Positions 1 to 8,068 of a stretch of 64,000 nucleotides of DNA are shown here, in pieces. The notes beneath the pieces were generated by a model, which was given only the letters and a program-made list of their open reading frames with translations, had not been told where the DNA came from and searched no databases. The translations under genes and the position numbers were made by a program. The stretch is from Candidatus Saccharimonadales bacterium. Its GTDB lineage: Bacteria; Patescibacteriota; Saccharimonadia; Saccharimonadales; 2-12-FULL-41-12. Within the stretch, counting starts at the first letter, position 1; every line of letters begins with the position of its first letter. The stretch lies in contig DASSOT010000003.1 of NCBI GenBank assembly GCA_035700225.1, forward strand, positions 111 through 64,110. Reading direction: 5' to 3'.

Positions 1-124
1 CTGGCTTTTGATATTTTTTGTAATTACAAGGACATCCCCCGGCAAGCGCGAGGGCGGCGGCGAATTTCAAAAACAGCATTTAATTTAGCCATAGGCAATG
101 ATTATAAACTATTTTTCGTATAAT

Positions 125-814
125 TCAATTCTTTTTCAGAGTGATAAGCCTGGAATACGTATAAACGACCAGGTAGCCGCTGAAAAGGACCAAAAATAAC
201 GTCAGCGTTGCCAGGTAGGTATCCGAATGCTGGGTCGGATTGACCAGCCTGTCCGAAACGTCGAAAAGCAGGCCTGCCGGCCTGAGTAGGATATCCCACG
301 TATTGAAACGGGTAAATCTGCCCAGATATGTAGCAAAACTGGCCAGGAAAAAAACAACGGCTATTATGCCCAGCGCCGTGTGTGCATTCAGACGTCTTAA
401 AAGCTGTTTATGGATCAGATATACCGAACCGAAGCCCAGTACAATGCCGTTAAGCATAAAACCGGCCAGCAGGACAACGTCGAAATACAGGCCGACATCA
501 TCCGTCGGACGGAGGTGGACGAAATCGGTAATCAAATAAAAAGTGTTGGGTAAGAAACCTAGGTAAAGTATGGATAAGACCACCTGCGGCCAGCCGAACC
601 AGCTGAGGGTCTTGAGTCTTTCGCTCAGCCACCAGGCTACAAGCAAAGGTATCACGGCCAGTACGAGGTTCCATACCAGGAATATGTACCTTAAGCTGTC
701 GCTGGAAAATATCCTTCCAGCCAGCAGGGCCAAGCTTATCAGACAAGCCAACATAACGCTGGCTATGAACTGATAGCTTCTATCCTTACCGAGTTTGGCC
801 ATGACTCCCGCCAT
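125..814 (-). CDS. polytopic integral membrane protein, function unknown
   Basis: 229-aa ORF with about 6 hydrophobic helices (LISLALLAGRIF, LVWNLVLAVIPLLVAWW, VVLLAGFMLNGIVLGF...). No recognizable catalytic motif. Confidence 0.45.
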   Translation of the reverse strand: MAGVMAKLGKDRSYQFIASVMLACLISLALLAGRIFSSDSLRYIFLVWNLVLAVIPLLVAWWLSERLKTLSWFGWPQVVLSILYLGFLPNTFYLITDFVHLRPTDDVGLYFDVVLLAGFMLNGIVLGFGSVYLIHKQLLRRLNAHTALGIIAVVFFLASFATYLGRFTRFNTWDILLRPAGLLFDVSDRLVNPTQHSDTYLATLTLFLVLFSGYLVVYTYSRLITLKKN

Positions 815-841
815 AGCTAAATTATATCAATATGCCTTTAG

Positions 842-1873
842 TTAAACTTTTTTAAGCTCGACCTTCAGCTTTTCAATCAAATCCACGGGCGTAGGATCAA
901 GACCGTTCAAAAGAGCCAAATACAGGCTGGTGAAATCACCCAGCTGTATAGACCAAAGCAGTTGTTTCAGCAGGCTGTCGCCGGCAGGCTTTATGACTTC
1001 CGCCGTCGGTTTCTTTCCGGAAAGCAACTTCTCGCTGATTTCAAACCTTGCCTGAACCCTGGCATGTTCCAGATTGCTCCTTATATCCACCACCTTGTAC
1101 GGTTTTTCGACGGGATGGCTTATCCAGCCCTGAAACTCGTTGTGGTTGAATTCAGGCAGTTGGTTGCACCAGGCTATGTTCTTGGCGTTTTCGTTAAAGT
1201 TAATCTTCCATTTGTACGCCGCCGGGAACAGCTTCGGTCCGGAGTAGATAACGATTGAATTTCCGACCAGCTCCTGCGCCATTTTCTTAGCCAGGTTGCG
1301 TTCCGCAGGCACTTCCGGCCCCAGTTCCTTTGCCTGCTCGCCGAGCCAATCGGCCGCGCTCGCCAGCTCCTTCAGCTTGTCAGCACCTGTCAGTCCTGCG
1401 GAAACAAAAAGACTTATAAGCGCCGCGAAATTATAAAATATCGCCATCCTCGGCTGGAAACCGCCCGGTATCTTATAAAACGGGTAGTTCTTTTCTTTTG
1501 CCCGTTCAGCCAGCTTGCCGCCCGAGCAGATGATTACTATCTGGGCGCCCTTTTCTTCCGCCTCATCCAATCCTGCCAGCGTTTCTTCGGTATTGCCCGA
1601 ATAGCTGGATGCTATGAACAAGGTATTTTTGCCGACATAAGACGGCAGATTATAATTTTTCACTATCACAAAAGGCTTATCCAGGCCCGGCCAGCTGGCG
1701 GCTACCTCCGCGGCCAGCGCAGAACCGCCCATCCCGGCCAGCACCACGTTGTCGATGGGGCCGAAGTCCGCCTCTACGTCATAGGCCTGTTTTAACTGCT
1801 CCCATTGTTTTCCCGCAATGCCCAGCGAGTCTTCTTTGTCCCGGTTATGTATCATCTTCAAATCATCCAGCAT
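842..1873 (-). CDS. SIS-domain bifunctional phosphoglucose/phosphomannose isomerase
   Basis: 343 aa with the conserved SSYSGNTEET SIS motif and the GMGGSALAAEV nucleotide/sugar-phosphate-binding loop. Size matches archaeal-type bifunctional PGI/PMI. Confidence 0.6.
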   Translation of the reverse strand: MLDDLKMIHNRDKEDSLGIAGKQWEQLKQAYDVEADFGPIDNVVLAGMGGSALAAEVAASWPGLDKPFVIVKNYNLPSYVGKNTLFIASSYSGNTEETLAGLDEAEEKGAQIVIICSGGKLAERAKEKNYPFYKIPGGFQPRMAIFYNFAALISLFVSAGLTGADKLKELASAADWLGEQAKELGPEVPAERNLAKKMAQELVGNSIVIYSGPKLFPAAYKWKINFNENAKNIAWCNQLPEFNHNEFQGWISHPVEKPYKVVDIRSNLEHARVQARFEISEKLLSGKKPTAEVIKPAGDSLLKQLLWSIQLGDFTSLYLALLNGLDPTPVDLIEKLKVELKKV

Positions 1874-1983
1874 GTTTAATCTCCCTCGGTTAATGCTTTT
1901 GTTTATCAGCGGTTTTTGCTACTATCTTATTGTAAATTGAAAATCTTAAATTGAAAATTGTCCGTCATGAACGGAGGGTGGGG

Positions 1984-2484
1984 ATGCAAGAAGAAAATAC
2001 GAACCAAACAGAAAACACTGACACCGGCGCCGAAACGCCGGATGGCATACCGGAGCTAAGCCTTAGCGGCAATCCTTCCGGCCAGCAGGATTCTCCTGCG
2101 CCGGCGGTTACATCAGATGATACCGGGGGTACGGATACTTCCTCGTCTTCAGATGATTCTTCCGCAGTCGCGGATAGCGCTGGCGATACATCGTCTTCAA
2201 CACAGCCGTCGACACCGGTTGCTGAGGACGACCTGGATGCCATAAGAGACACCGCACTGCATGATTTAGCACCGATTGTGAACAAGCTGGACCAGGACCC
2301 GGAGGACAAGTACCGGACGTTGATGATGCTTATACAATCATCCGACGACCAAAGTCTGCTCAAAGAAGCTTACTCTGCCGCCCACAACATAGAAGATGAA
2401 AAAACCAGGGCCGAAGCCCTGCTTACCATCATCGATGAGATAAATTACTTCAAAGGCAAGGGCAAAAAGCCCGAAGAAGAGTAG
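1984..2484 (+). CDS. acidic low-complexity hypothetical protein
   Basis: ORF track starts at 1951, but GGAGGG lies 5 nt before the ATG at 1984 (MQEENTNQ...). The protein is rich in D/E/S/T with no known domain. Confidence 0.35.
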   Translation: MQEENTNQTENTDTGAETPDGIPELSLSGNPSGQQDSPAPAVTSDDTGGTDTSSSSDDSSAVADSAGDTSSSTQPSTPVAEDDLDAIRDTALHDLAPIVNKLDQDPEDKYRTLMMLIQSSDDQSLLKEAYSAAHNIEDEKTRAEALLTIIDEINYFKGKGKKPEEE

Positions 2485-2495
2485 AAAGACCCGGC

Positions 2496-2918
2496 TTACA
2501 GTCCCGGGTCGCCGGTGTCCGGCAAAGTGTCGCCAGTAGAAGGCGTAGTGCTTGGCGCTGTGGCATTATCACCAGTAGAAGGTGTGGAGGTCGAACCGCC
2601 GCCCGTCTGCGAGTTTGAGGTACCTTCACCGCCGGCTTGATTGCCGCTTTGTTTTTTCTTGTTTTCTGCTTCTTTCTTACTGTCGTCTGTTTTGGCTGTG
2701 GAGGGCTGGTTGTCGTTGGAATCGCCGTTAAGAGCCCGATAAATCGCCCGGCCGCCGAAAAAAAGCGCGCTGGCTATCAGTATGGTTACGAGAAGTGCGA
2801 ATAATCCGAACAGGACCGAAGCCACCTTGCTCCTGGCCGGTTCATCCTTATAAATTGAAAGGTCGTCAGACTCTTCGTCTTTGTCTTTACCACCTGAAAA
2901 TCTATCAAAAAACTTCAT
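2496..2918 (-). CDS. single-pass membrane protein with low-complexity S/T/G-rich tail
   Basis: 140 aa with one TM helix (VLFGLFALLVTILIASALFF) followed by a disordered S/T/G/N-rich region. Confidence 0.35.
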   Translation of the reverse strand: MKFFDRFSGGKDKDEESDDLSIYKDEPARSKVASVLFGLFALLVTILIASALFFGGRAIYRALNGDSNDNQPSTAKTDDSKKEAENKKKQSGNQAGGEGTSNSQTGGGSTSTPSTGDNATAPSTTPSTGDTLPDTGDPGL

Positions 2919-2993
2919 TAGCTCCTCCGTTACGGTTAAGCAAATTCTACACTTTTATGGCTTTTTTTGCAATCTTTTGATTAAAGTAGTTTA

Positions 2994-3023
2994 TTGACTT
3001 AGTTTGAGACAGGCGGCCATAAT
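2994..3023 (+). promoter_or_regulatory. sigma70-like promoter upstream of folK (TTGACT - about 18 nt - CATAAT)
   Basis: TTGACT at 2994-2999 and CATAAT at about 3018-3023, followed by AAAGGAG RBS and a TTG start at 3046. Confidence 0.4.
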
Positions 3024-3045
3024 GGATTTAACAAAGGAGAAATAT

Positions 3046-3531
3046 TTGGCAAAAGTTTATCTGAGCCTGGGCTCGAACGTAGGAAATCGGCGAGGATTTT
3101 TAACCGCGGCGCTAAAGGAGCTTGCAAAAAAAATCAATCTGTCCGACCAATCCGCCGTGTACGCGACCGCTCCGTGGGGGAATGAAAAGCAGGCGGATTT
3201 CCTCAATATGTGCGTAAGCGGCGAAACCGGACTTTCACCCCAACAACTGCTTGGTTTCATCAAAAATACTGAAACCGGTCTGGGCAGGAAACACACAAAA
3301 AAGTGGGGGCCACGGGAAATAGACATAGACATAATCTTCTACGACGGCGAAGTGATTGATATGCCCGGGCTGGCGATACCGCACCCTCATATGGCTGAGC
3401 GCCCTTTCGTACTGGTGCCGCTGGCCGAAATCGCGCCGGATTTCACACATCCGCTACTGCACAAAACCGTCTCAAAGATGGCGCAAGAAGCCGGTTCCGA
3501 AGGTGTCAAAAAGGCGGAAGCCGATGAATGA
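3046..3531 (+). CDS. folK: 2-amino-4-hydroxy-6-hydroxymethyldihydropteridine pyrophosphokinase (HPPK)
   Basis: VYLSLGSNVGNR, ATAPWG and REIDIDII motifs typical of HPPK. ORF track begins at ATG 3004, but the promoter -10 overlaps it and an AAAGGAG RBS precedes TTG 3046. That start gives about 161 aa, the canonical HPPK size. Confidence 0.8.
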   Translation: MAKVYLSLGSNVGNRRGFLTAALKELAKKINLSDQSAVYATAPWGNEKQADFLNMCVSGETGLSPQQLLGFIKNTETGLGRKHTKKWGPREIDIDIIFYDGEVIDMPGLAIPHPHMAERPFVLVPLAEIAPDFTHPLLHKTVSKMAQEAGSEGVKKAEADE

Positions 3532-4363
3532 ATTCACTCTATATCTGGCCGGTGGCAGTCAGCTTTCGGCGGACAAAACTCTGGTCATGGGCATACTCAA
3601 CGCCACGCCGGATTCTTTCAGCGACGGCGGAGACATCGCAGACCCGGGCAGGCTGGACACGCGCATCAGGGAAATGATAAACGCCGGGGCCGATATTTTA
3701 GATATTGGCGGCGAATCTACACGGCCGGGCCATGAAAAGGTGGATGCCGGCGAGGAAACAGCCCGCGTCGTTCCCGTCATCCGGGCCATCAGGAAAATAT
3801 CGAAAACCATGCCCATCAGCGTAGATACGCAAAAAGTCGAAGTAGCCGAAGAAGCACTGCGCGCCGGAGCAAGCCTGATAAACGATGTCAGCGCCTTTTC
3901 GGATAAAAAAATGGCTGAGGTAGTCCGCAAGCATGCCTGTTCAGTAATTCTGATGCGCAACGAGCCTACCGGTTCTGATACCGTGGCTAATACCAAACAA
4001 CAGTTTGAAAGAATCATTGAAGAAGCCGAGAAACACGGAGTAGATAAGAAATATCTGCTACTGGACCCGGGGTTGGGATTCGGTGATTTGAAAACCGGCG
4101 ACTACAGCCTGTCGCCCGGTTCGGACCCGGCCGCTAATCTGGAACTGATAAGGAGTATAAGCAAATATTCGCACGGCCTGCCGGTAGTCATCGGCGCCAG
4201 CAGAAAGCGTTTCATCGGCGACATCACAGGTGAAAAGGATGTCAAAAAACGCCTCGGCGGCTCGCTCGCCGCGGCCATATTGGCCGCTCAGGCCGGCGCC
4301 GGCATCGTGCGGGTCCATGACGTAGCCGAAACCGTCCAGGCGTTCAAGATTCTCAACTGCTAG
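3524..4363 (+). CDS. folP: dihydropteroate synthase
   Basis: In-frame ATG at 3524 overlaps the folK stop (GATGAATGA). LVMGILNATPDSFSDGG, DILDIGGESTRPG and the pterin-binding fold motifs are present. About 279 aa. Confidence 0.8.
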   Translation: MNEFTLYLAGGSQLSADKTLVMGILNATPDSFSDGGDIADPGRLDTRIREMINAGADILDIGGESTRPGHEKVDAGEETARVVPVIRAIRKISKTMPISVDTQKVEVAEEALRAGASLINDVSAFSDKKMAEVVRKHACSVILMRNEPTGSDTVANTKQQFERIIEEAEKHGVDKKYLLLDPGLGFGDLKTGDYSLSPGSDPAANLELIRSISKYSHGLPVVIGASRKRFIGDITGEKDVKKRLGGSLAAAILAAQAGAGIVRVHDVAETVQAFKILNC

Positions 4364-4371
4364 GCACTAAA

Positions 4372-4520
4372 CGCCGGGTGGCCCGGCGAAGCAATGTATT
4401 TCTTTTGTACGAAAGGGTTGCAAGGAGATTTAATGGCTGGGCAAGTAGAGGCAAGAACACCAAAAAATCTCCGCCTGGAGTAAAAAGAACTATACATTCG
4501 GAGCCGGGACGGGGCCCGGC
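4372..4520 (-). repeat. MITE/REP-like structured repeat, copy B, between convergent folP and trpA
   Basis: About 149 bp. The reverse complement aligns at roughly 75-80% identity to 18553-18704, sharing the blocks ATGTATAGTTCTT, TCCAGGCGGAGATTTTT, TTAAATCTCCTTGCAACCC and AAAAGAAATACAT. It has internal and terminal inverted repeats. The spurious ORF 4378-4611 lies over it. Confidence 0.55.
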
Positions 4521-4524
4521 AGAT

Positions 4525-5256
4525 CTAGCCCAATTGCCTGATGAATTTCAGCGCGCCGTTCGCGCCGCTTTTTTCTACTTCGCGGATGACCGAACTTCCT
4601 ACCACGGCTAAGTCCGCTATCTTCAATACCCGGCTTACATCGTCTGCATTTCTGATACCGAAACCTATGGCCACCTGCTTGTCCGGCGACAATTTCCTGA
4701 TTTCCCCGCCCAGCTTGCCTAGCTCATCTGATACTAGCAACCTATTACCAGTAATACCCTTGGTACTGGTCAGATACACCAGTTCGCCGGAGTTAGCGAG
4801 CGCCCCTTTCAGCCTTTGAGCGCTTATACCGGGCGACACTACCGGCACTATCTGAAGTGATGTTTCTGCTGTAGCGCGGATCAGTTCCTTATATTCAGGA
4901 CTGTCAAAAGGAAGGTCAGGGATGATTAGCCCCTTCGCCCCTGCTCTGCCTGCACGCTTGCAGAATGTACCGATGCCGTTATGAATCAGCTTCTGCGCAT
5001 AGCTCATGATGTAGATTTCCGCTTTCAACCCTTTTCGGCGCGCCTCTTCTATCAGTTTGAAGCTGGCCTCGGTATCCATGCCTTGTGCTAAGGCCTTATC
5101 ATTGGCCTTCATGATGGTTTCGCCGTCGGCAATCGGGTCGGAAAACGGAACCTGAACCTCCATGATTCCTACGCCGGCTTTTTGCATGCCAAGTAAGAGC
5201 TCAATGCATTCTTCCCTTGACGGATAGCCCGCCACAACATGAGTCATCAGCCCCAT
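4525..5256 (-). CDS. trpA: tryptophan synthase alpha chain (N-terminally short)
   Basis: EVQVPFSDPIADGETI catalytic region and GFGI glycine-rich phosphate-binding loop. AGGAGG RBS lies 9 nt upstream of ATG 5256. It lacks the first about 18 residues of E. coli TrpA. Confidence 0.85.
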   Translation of the reverse strand: MGLMTHVVAGYPSREECIELLLGMQKAGVGIMEVQVPFSDPIADGETIMKANDKALAQGMDTEASFKLIEEARRKGLKAEIYIMSYAQKLIHNGIGTFCKRAGRAGAKGLIIPDLPFDSPEYKELIRATAETSLQIVPVVSPGISAQRLKGALANSGELVYLTSTKGITGNRLLVSDELGKLGGEIRKLSPDKQVAIGFGIRNADDVSRVLKIADLAVVGSSVIREVEKSGANGALKFIRQLG

Positions 5257-5258
5257 GA

Positions 5259-5462
5259 CTACACAGCCCTCCTTTCCAAACCCAAAGCTTTAAGAAGCCT
5301 TATGGCTAACCCGTCTAGACTGTTAAAGCAAACCAGCCCGGCAAAGTGAGTTATTTTAATTTGAAAGAGTCTGCTAGCGCTTCCCTTGAATTTCCTGCCA
5401 AAGCTGGGAAATTCATAGGTGAAAAAGCGCTCTTGAAAGTAAAATAACTCACGATTACTCAT
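5259..5462 (-). CDS. possible 67-aa small ORF translationally coupled between trpB and trpA (may be an artefact of a palindromic element)
   Basis: ATG overlaps the trpB stop (ATGAGTAA) and the stop lies 2 nt before the trpA ATG. It is F/Y-rich with no homology recognized, and it lies over a nested inverted repeat. Confidence 0.2.
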   Translation of the reverse strand: MSNRELFYFQERFFTYEFPSFGRKFKGSASRLFQIKITHFAGLVCFNSLDGLAIRLLKALGLERRAV

Positions 5463-6942
5463 AGCTTTTTAGCTCCTCTTGCAAGAACTTCTTGAACTCA
5501 TCTCGAGCGAAATTCTTCGCCAGGGTGAATAAATCCTTATCGCCCCTGCCGGATATATTTATCACGAGCTTATTGCTCGGGCGCATCTTCTTGGCACGCC
5601 TGACAGCCTCGCTTACGGCATGGGCCGACTCCAGCGCCGGGATGATTCCTTCGTTCTCCGCCAGTATTCTCACGGCGCCCAGAGTGTCTTCGTCGCTCGC
5701 GCGGACGAATTCTACCCGGCCTTCATCGGCCAGCCGGGCCAGCTCCGGCCCTATACCGATGTAATCCAGCCCGGCGGCGATACTGTGCGTCGGCGCGCTG
5801 TTGCCATCTTTGTCCTGCAAGAAATACGACCTATAGCCTTCCATTATCCCGGGTTTCGCGCCGGGAAAACGAGCGGCGTGCTCGCCTGTCTTTTTCGATT
5901 TGCCGCCGGCTTCAACACCTATGAGGCGCACTTTTTTATTGCCCAAAAATTCATAAAAAGCTCCCAGCGCGTTGCTACCGCCGCCCACGCAGGCTACTAT
6001 CGCAGTCGGGTCTTCGCCCAGTTGCACCCTTATCTCCCGGCCGATTACCGACTGAAAATCCCGGTTCATCCTGGGATAAGGGTCCGGCCCAAGACACGAG
6101 CCGATGACATAGTGCGTGTCATCGCTGTTTTGCAACCAGTCGCGGATAGCCCCGCTAACGGCGTCCTTCAGCGTCCGGGCGCCATAGCTTATAGGTACGA
6201 CTTTAGCCCCTAAAAGCTCCATCAAGATTACATTAGGTTTTTGGCGGTCTATATCAACCTCTCCCATATAAACCGTGCATTCCAATCCGAACCGGGCGGC
6301 TACGGTAGCCGTAGCCAGACCGTGCTGGCCGGCGCCGGTTTCGGCTATCAGGCGCTTCTTGCCCATTTTTTTAGCCACCAGGGCCTGGCCTAGACAATGG
6401 TTTATCTTGTGCGCCCCGGTATGGTTCAGCCCTTCGTTCTTCAGATAAATCTGCGCTCCGCCGACGGCTTTGGTGAGGTTCTTAGCAAACACCAGAGGCG
6501 TCGGACGGTTGTTGTAGCGGGTCTGCAAATCGTCCAGCTCCGCCAGGAATGCCCTGTCGGTCTTGAGCTTGTCATATGTTTTCGCCAGTTTTTCCAGCTC
6601 GCCTTGCAACATCTCCGGCACGTAGCGTCCGCCGTGCCTGCCGAAATATCCGGATTCGTTTTTTTTCGATACGGTTTGTACGGGCTCTTCGCGCAAGACC
6701 TTGAAATAATCCTTGGCCAGCAGTTTTGAACCTTTGGTAACGGTGGCTACGCCCACGCCAAGATCATCAGCTATGGCGTGGTGGTTTTCGCCACTGAGGA
6801 GCTTTTTGACTATTTCGACCCGCTTAGGCAGGTTTTCTTTGTCCTTGTCAGAGGTAATGCCGTACATGAAATCCAGAAAATCATCATACCCCCGTATGGA
6901 GTACAAAAAATCAACAAAGCCCTGAAATTTTCGGTCTTTCAT
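5455..6942 (-). CDS. trpB: tryptophan synthase beta chain with N-terminal TrpR/YerC-like HTH domain (fusion)
   Basis: Residues about 96-495 are canonical TrpB (FGRHGGRYVPEML, GAHKINH PLP-lysine region, GGGSNA). Residues 1-95 carry a Trp-repressor-family HTH (KRVEIVKKLL...LGVGVATVTKGSKLL, resembling YerC/YecD). Confidence 0.85.
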   Translation of the reverse strand: MKDRKFQGFVDFLYSIRGYDDFLDFMYGITSDKDKENLPKRVEIVKKLLSGENHHAIADDLGVGVATVTKGSKLLAKDYFKVLREEPVQTVSKKNESGYFGRHGGRYVPEMLQGELEKLAKTYDKLKTDRAFLAELDDLQTRYNNRPTPLVFAKNLTKAVGGAQIYLKNEGLNHTGAHKINHCLGQALVAKKMGKKRLIAETGAGQHGLATATVAARFGLECTVYMGEVDIDRQKPNVILMELLGAKVVPISYGARTLKDAVSGAIRDWLQNSDDTHYVIGSCLGPDPYPRMNRDFQSVIGREIRVQLGEDPTAIVACVGGGSNALGAFYEFLGNKKVRLIGVEAGGKSKKTGEHAARFPGAKPGIMEGYRSYFLQDKDGNSAPTHSIAAGLDYIGIGPELARLADEGRVEFVRASDEDTLGAVRILAENEGIIPALESAHAVSEAVRRAKKMRPSNKLVINISGRGDKDLFTLAKNFARDEFKKFLQEELKSYE

Positions 6943-6948
6943 GTATAT

Positions 6949-6966
6949 ATACTAGCATACTAGTAT
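6949..6966 (-). promoter_or_regulatory. TrpR-type operator-like palindrome ATACTAG-CATA-CTAGTAT immediately upstream of trpB
   Basis: Two CTAG half-sites 8 bp apart inside an 18-bp near-perfect palindrome, 7-24 nt upstream of the trpB ATG (6942). It matches the E. coli trp operator pattern GNACTAG-N4-CTAGTNC. Confidence 0.45.
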
Positions 6967-6983
6967 TGCATATCAAGGGGTTT

Positions 6984-7958
6984 TTAAGCAACCGCGTGCA
7001 GTACTACTTCGACGTCTTCGAGTAACTTATCAGCTGATTGGTATCGGTCCGCCGGGTCCTTCTGGGTAGCCCTTTCTATCATGCTGATTACCGCAGGTGG
7101 TATATCCTTGCCATCCGGCACCGTGAAATCAATCTCTGCTTCTTTGTGCAGTTGGGCCAAGCGCCGTTCCCTCTGCTCCTTCGGCGATATCACCGCATCG
7201 TACGCGCTAGATTCCAGAGAACGCGGCTTCACATTCCTGGGCGTTTCCACCTGGAACGGAACCCTGCCGTAAAAGAGCTCGTATGCCGTTATGCCCAGAT
7301 TATAAAAGTCGCTCGTTATATCCACCCTCTGGTTATTAGCCTGCTCCGGCGACATGTATTCTGCCGAGCAAACGACCCTGCCCGAGGTATGCGGACGGCC
7401 GAATTTCAGCATGCGCTCGCGGGCTTCGTTGTGCTCCGTAGAACCGCCGAGCATCCGGCCGGAGTCAAGAAGATGCCCGTACGGTCGTGGCATGGCCGCG
7501 CCGAAATCTATAAGCGCTGATCGGCCCGTCCTCTGGGCGATTATGTTATCCGGTTTGATATCACCGTGTACAAAACCCTCGCCATGCACATACCCCAGCG
7601 GGCCGGCAACGGAACTGATAATTTTGGCGGCGGCCTCTGAGCCTTTGGTTGTCAAGGCCACGTTCATGCTCGGCATACCTGCCTCTCTCGTCATGATGAA
7701 ATACGGGTCTTCCTCGCCGGTGTGGTCCTCAATCAAGTCCGGTATCTGCGGATGGTCCAGTGCACCGAGTATTTTGGCTTCCGCCGTCAAAACTTCTTTT
7801 TGCAGAACAGTTGCGTCGGCTGGCACGCCTTTTATGACTGCCGGCGGTTTCAGCTCGGTTCCGGCGGTAACGAAAGTAGTCGCCATATTAGAGGTGATTC
7901 TTTCTTTGATTTCCCCGTAGCGTCCGGCCTCATGGGCCGGTAGAGCAAAACCGTTCAT
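6984..7958 (-). CDS. eukaryotic-like Ser/Thr protein kinase (cytoplasmic, no sensor domain)
   Basis: HGDIKPDNII catalytic loop, DFG motif, SPEQ (APE-like) activation segment and AVIK lysine-strand equivalent. The Gly-rich loop is degenerate. Confidence 0.6.
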   Translation of the reverse strand: MNGFALPAHEAGRYGEIKERITSNMATTFVTAGTELKPPAVIKGVPADATVLQKEVLTAEAKILGALDHPQIPDLIEDHTGEEDPYFIMTREAGMPSMNVALTTKGSEAAAKIISSVAGPLGYVHGEGFVHGDIKPDNIIAQRTGRSALIDFGAAMPRPYGHLLDSGRMLGGSTEHNEARERMLKFGRPHTSGRVVCSAEYMSPEQANNQRVDITSDFYNLGITAYELFYGRVPFQVETPRNVKPRSLESSAYDAVISPKEQRERRLAQLHKEAEIDFTVPDGKDIPPAVISMIERATQKDPADRYQSADKLLEDVEVVLHAVA

Positions 7959-8020
7959 TTGGTCTTATTATACCACTTATGCATTGATTATTCAATAAAA
8001 AAATTGCATAGTATCTAAAA

Positions 8021-8047
8021 TAAAAAGGCCCGGATTACGGGCCTCTT
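8021..8047 (-). terminator. rho-independent terminator downstream of groEL
   Basis: GGCCCG-GATTA-CGGGCC hairpin flanked by T/A runs on both strands, located between the groEL stop and the kinase gene start. Confidence 0.6.
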
Positions 8048-8068
8048 CATTTTTGAAGCATTGGGCTT

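Noticed and set aside
4378-4611. 77-aa ORF (MARRSNVF...) and the 105-aa and 77-aa ORFs at 18540-18857
   Set aside because: They lie on the MITE/REP-like palindromic repeats. The similar peptide fragments (KKSPPG) arise from the repeated DNA, not from conserved proteins.
5311-5380. Isolated CTAG palindromes (GTCTAGAC, TGCTAGCG) upstream of trpA as additional TrpR operators
   Set aside because: They are single CTAG cores about 60 bp apart. They lack the 8-bp-spaced tandem arrangement seen at 6949-6966.
5620-6213. 197-aa plus-strand ORF inside trpB, with similar antisense ORFs in virB4 (49248-50081), yidC (63144-63719) and the 1054-aa hydrolase gene
   Set aside because: They overlap well-supported genes on the opposite strand, and no RBS or motif supports them.
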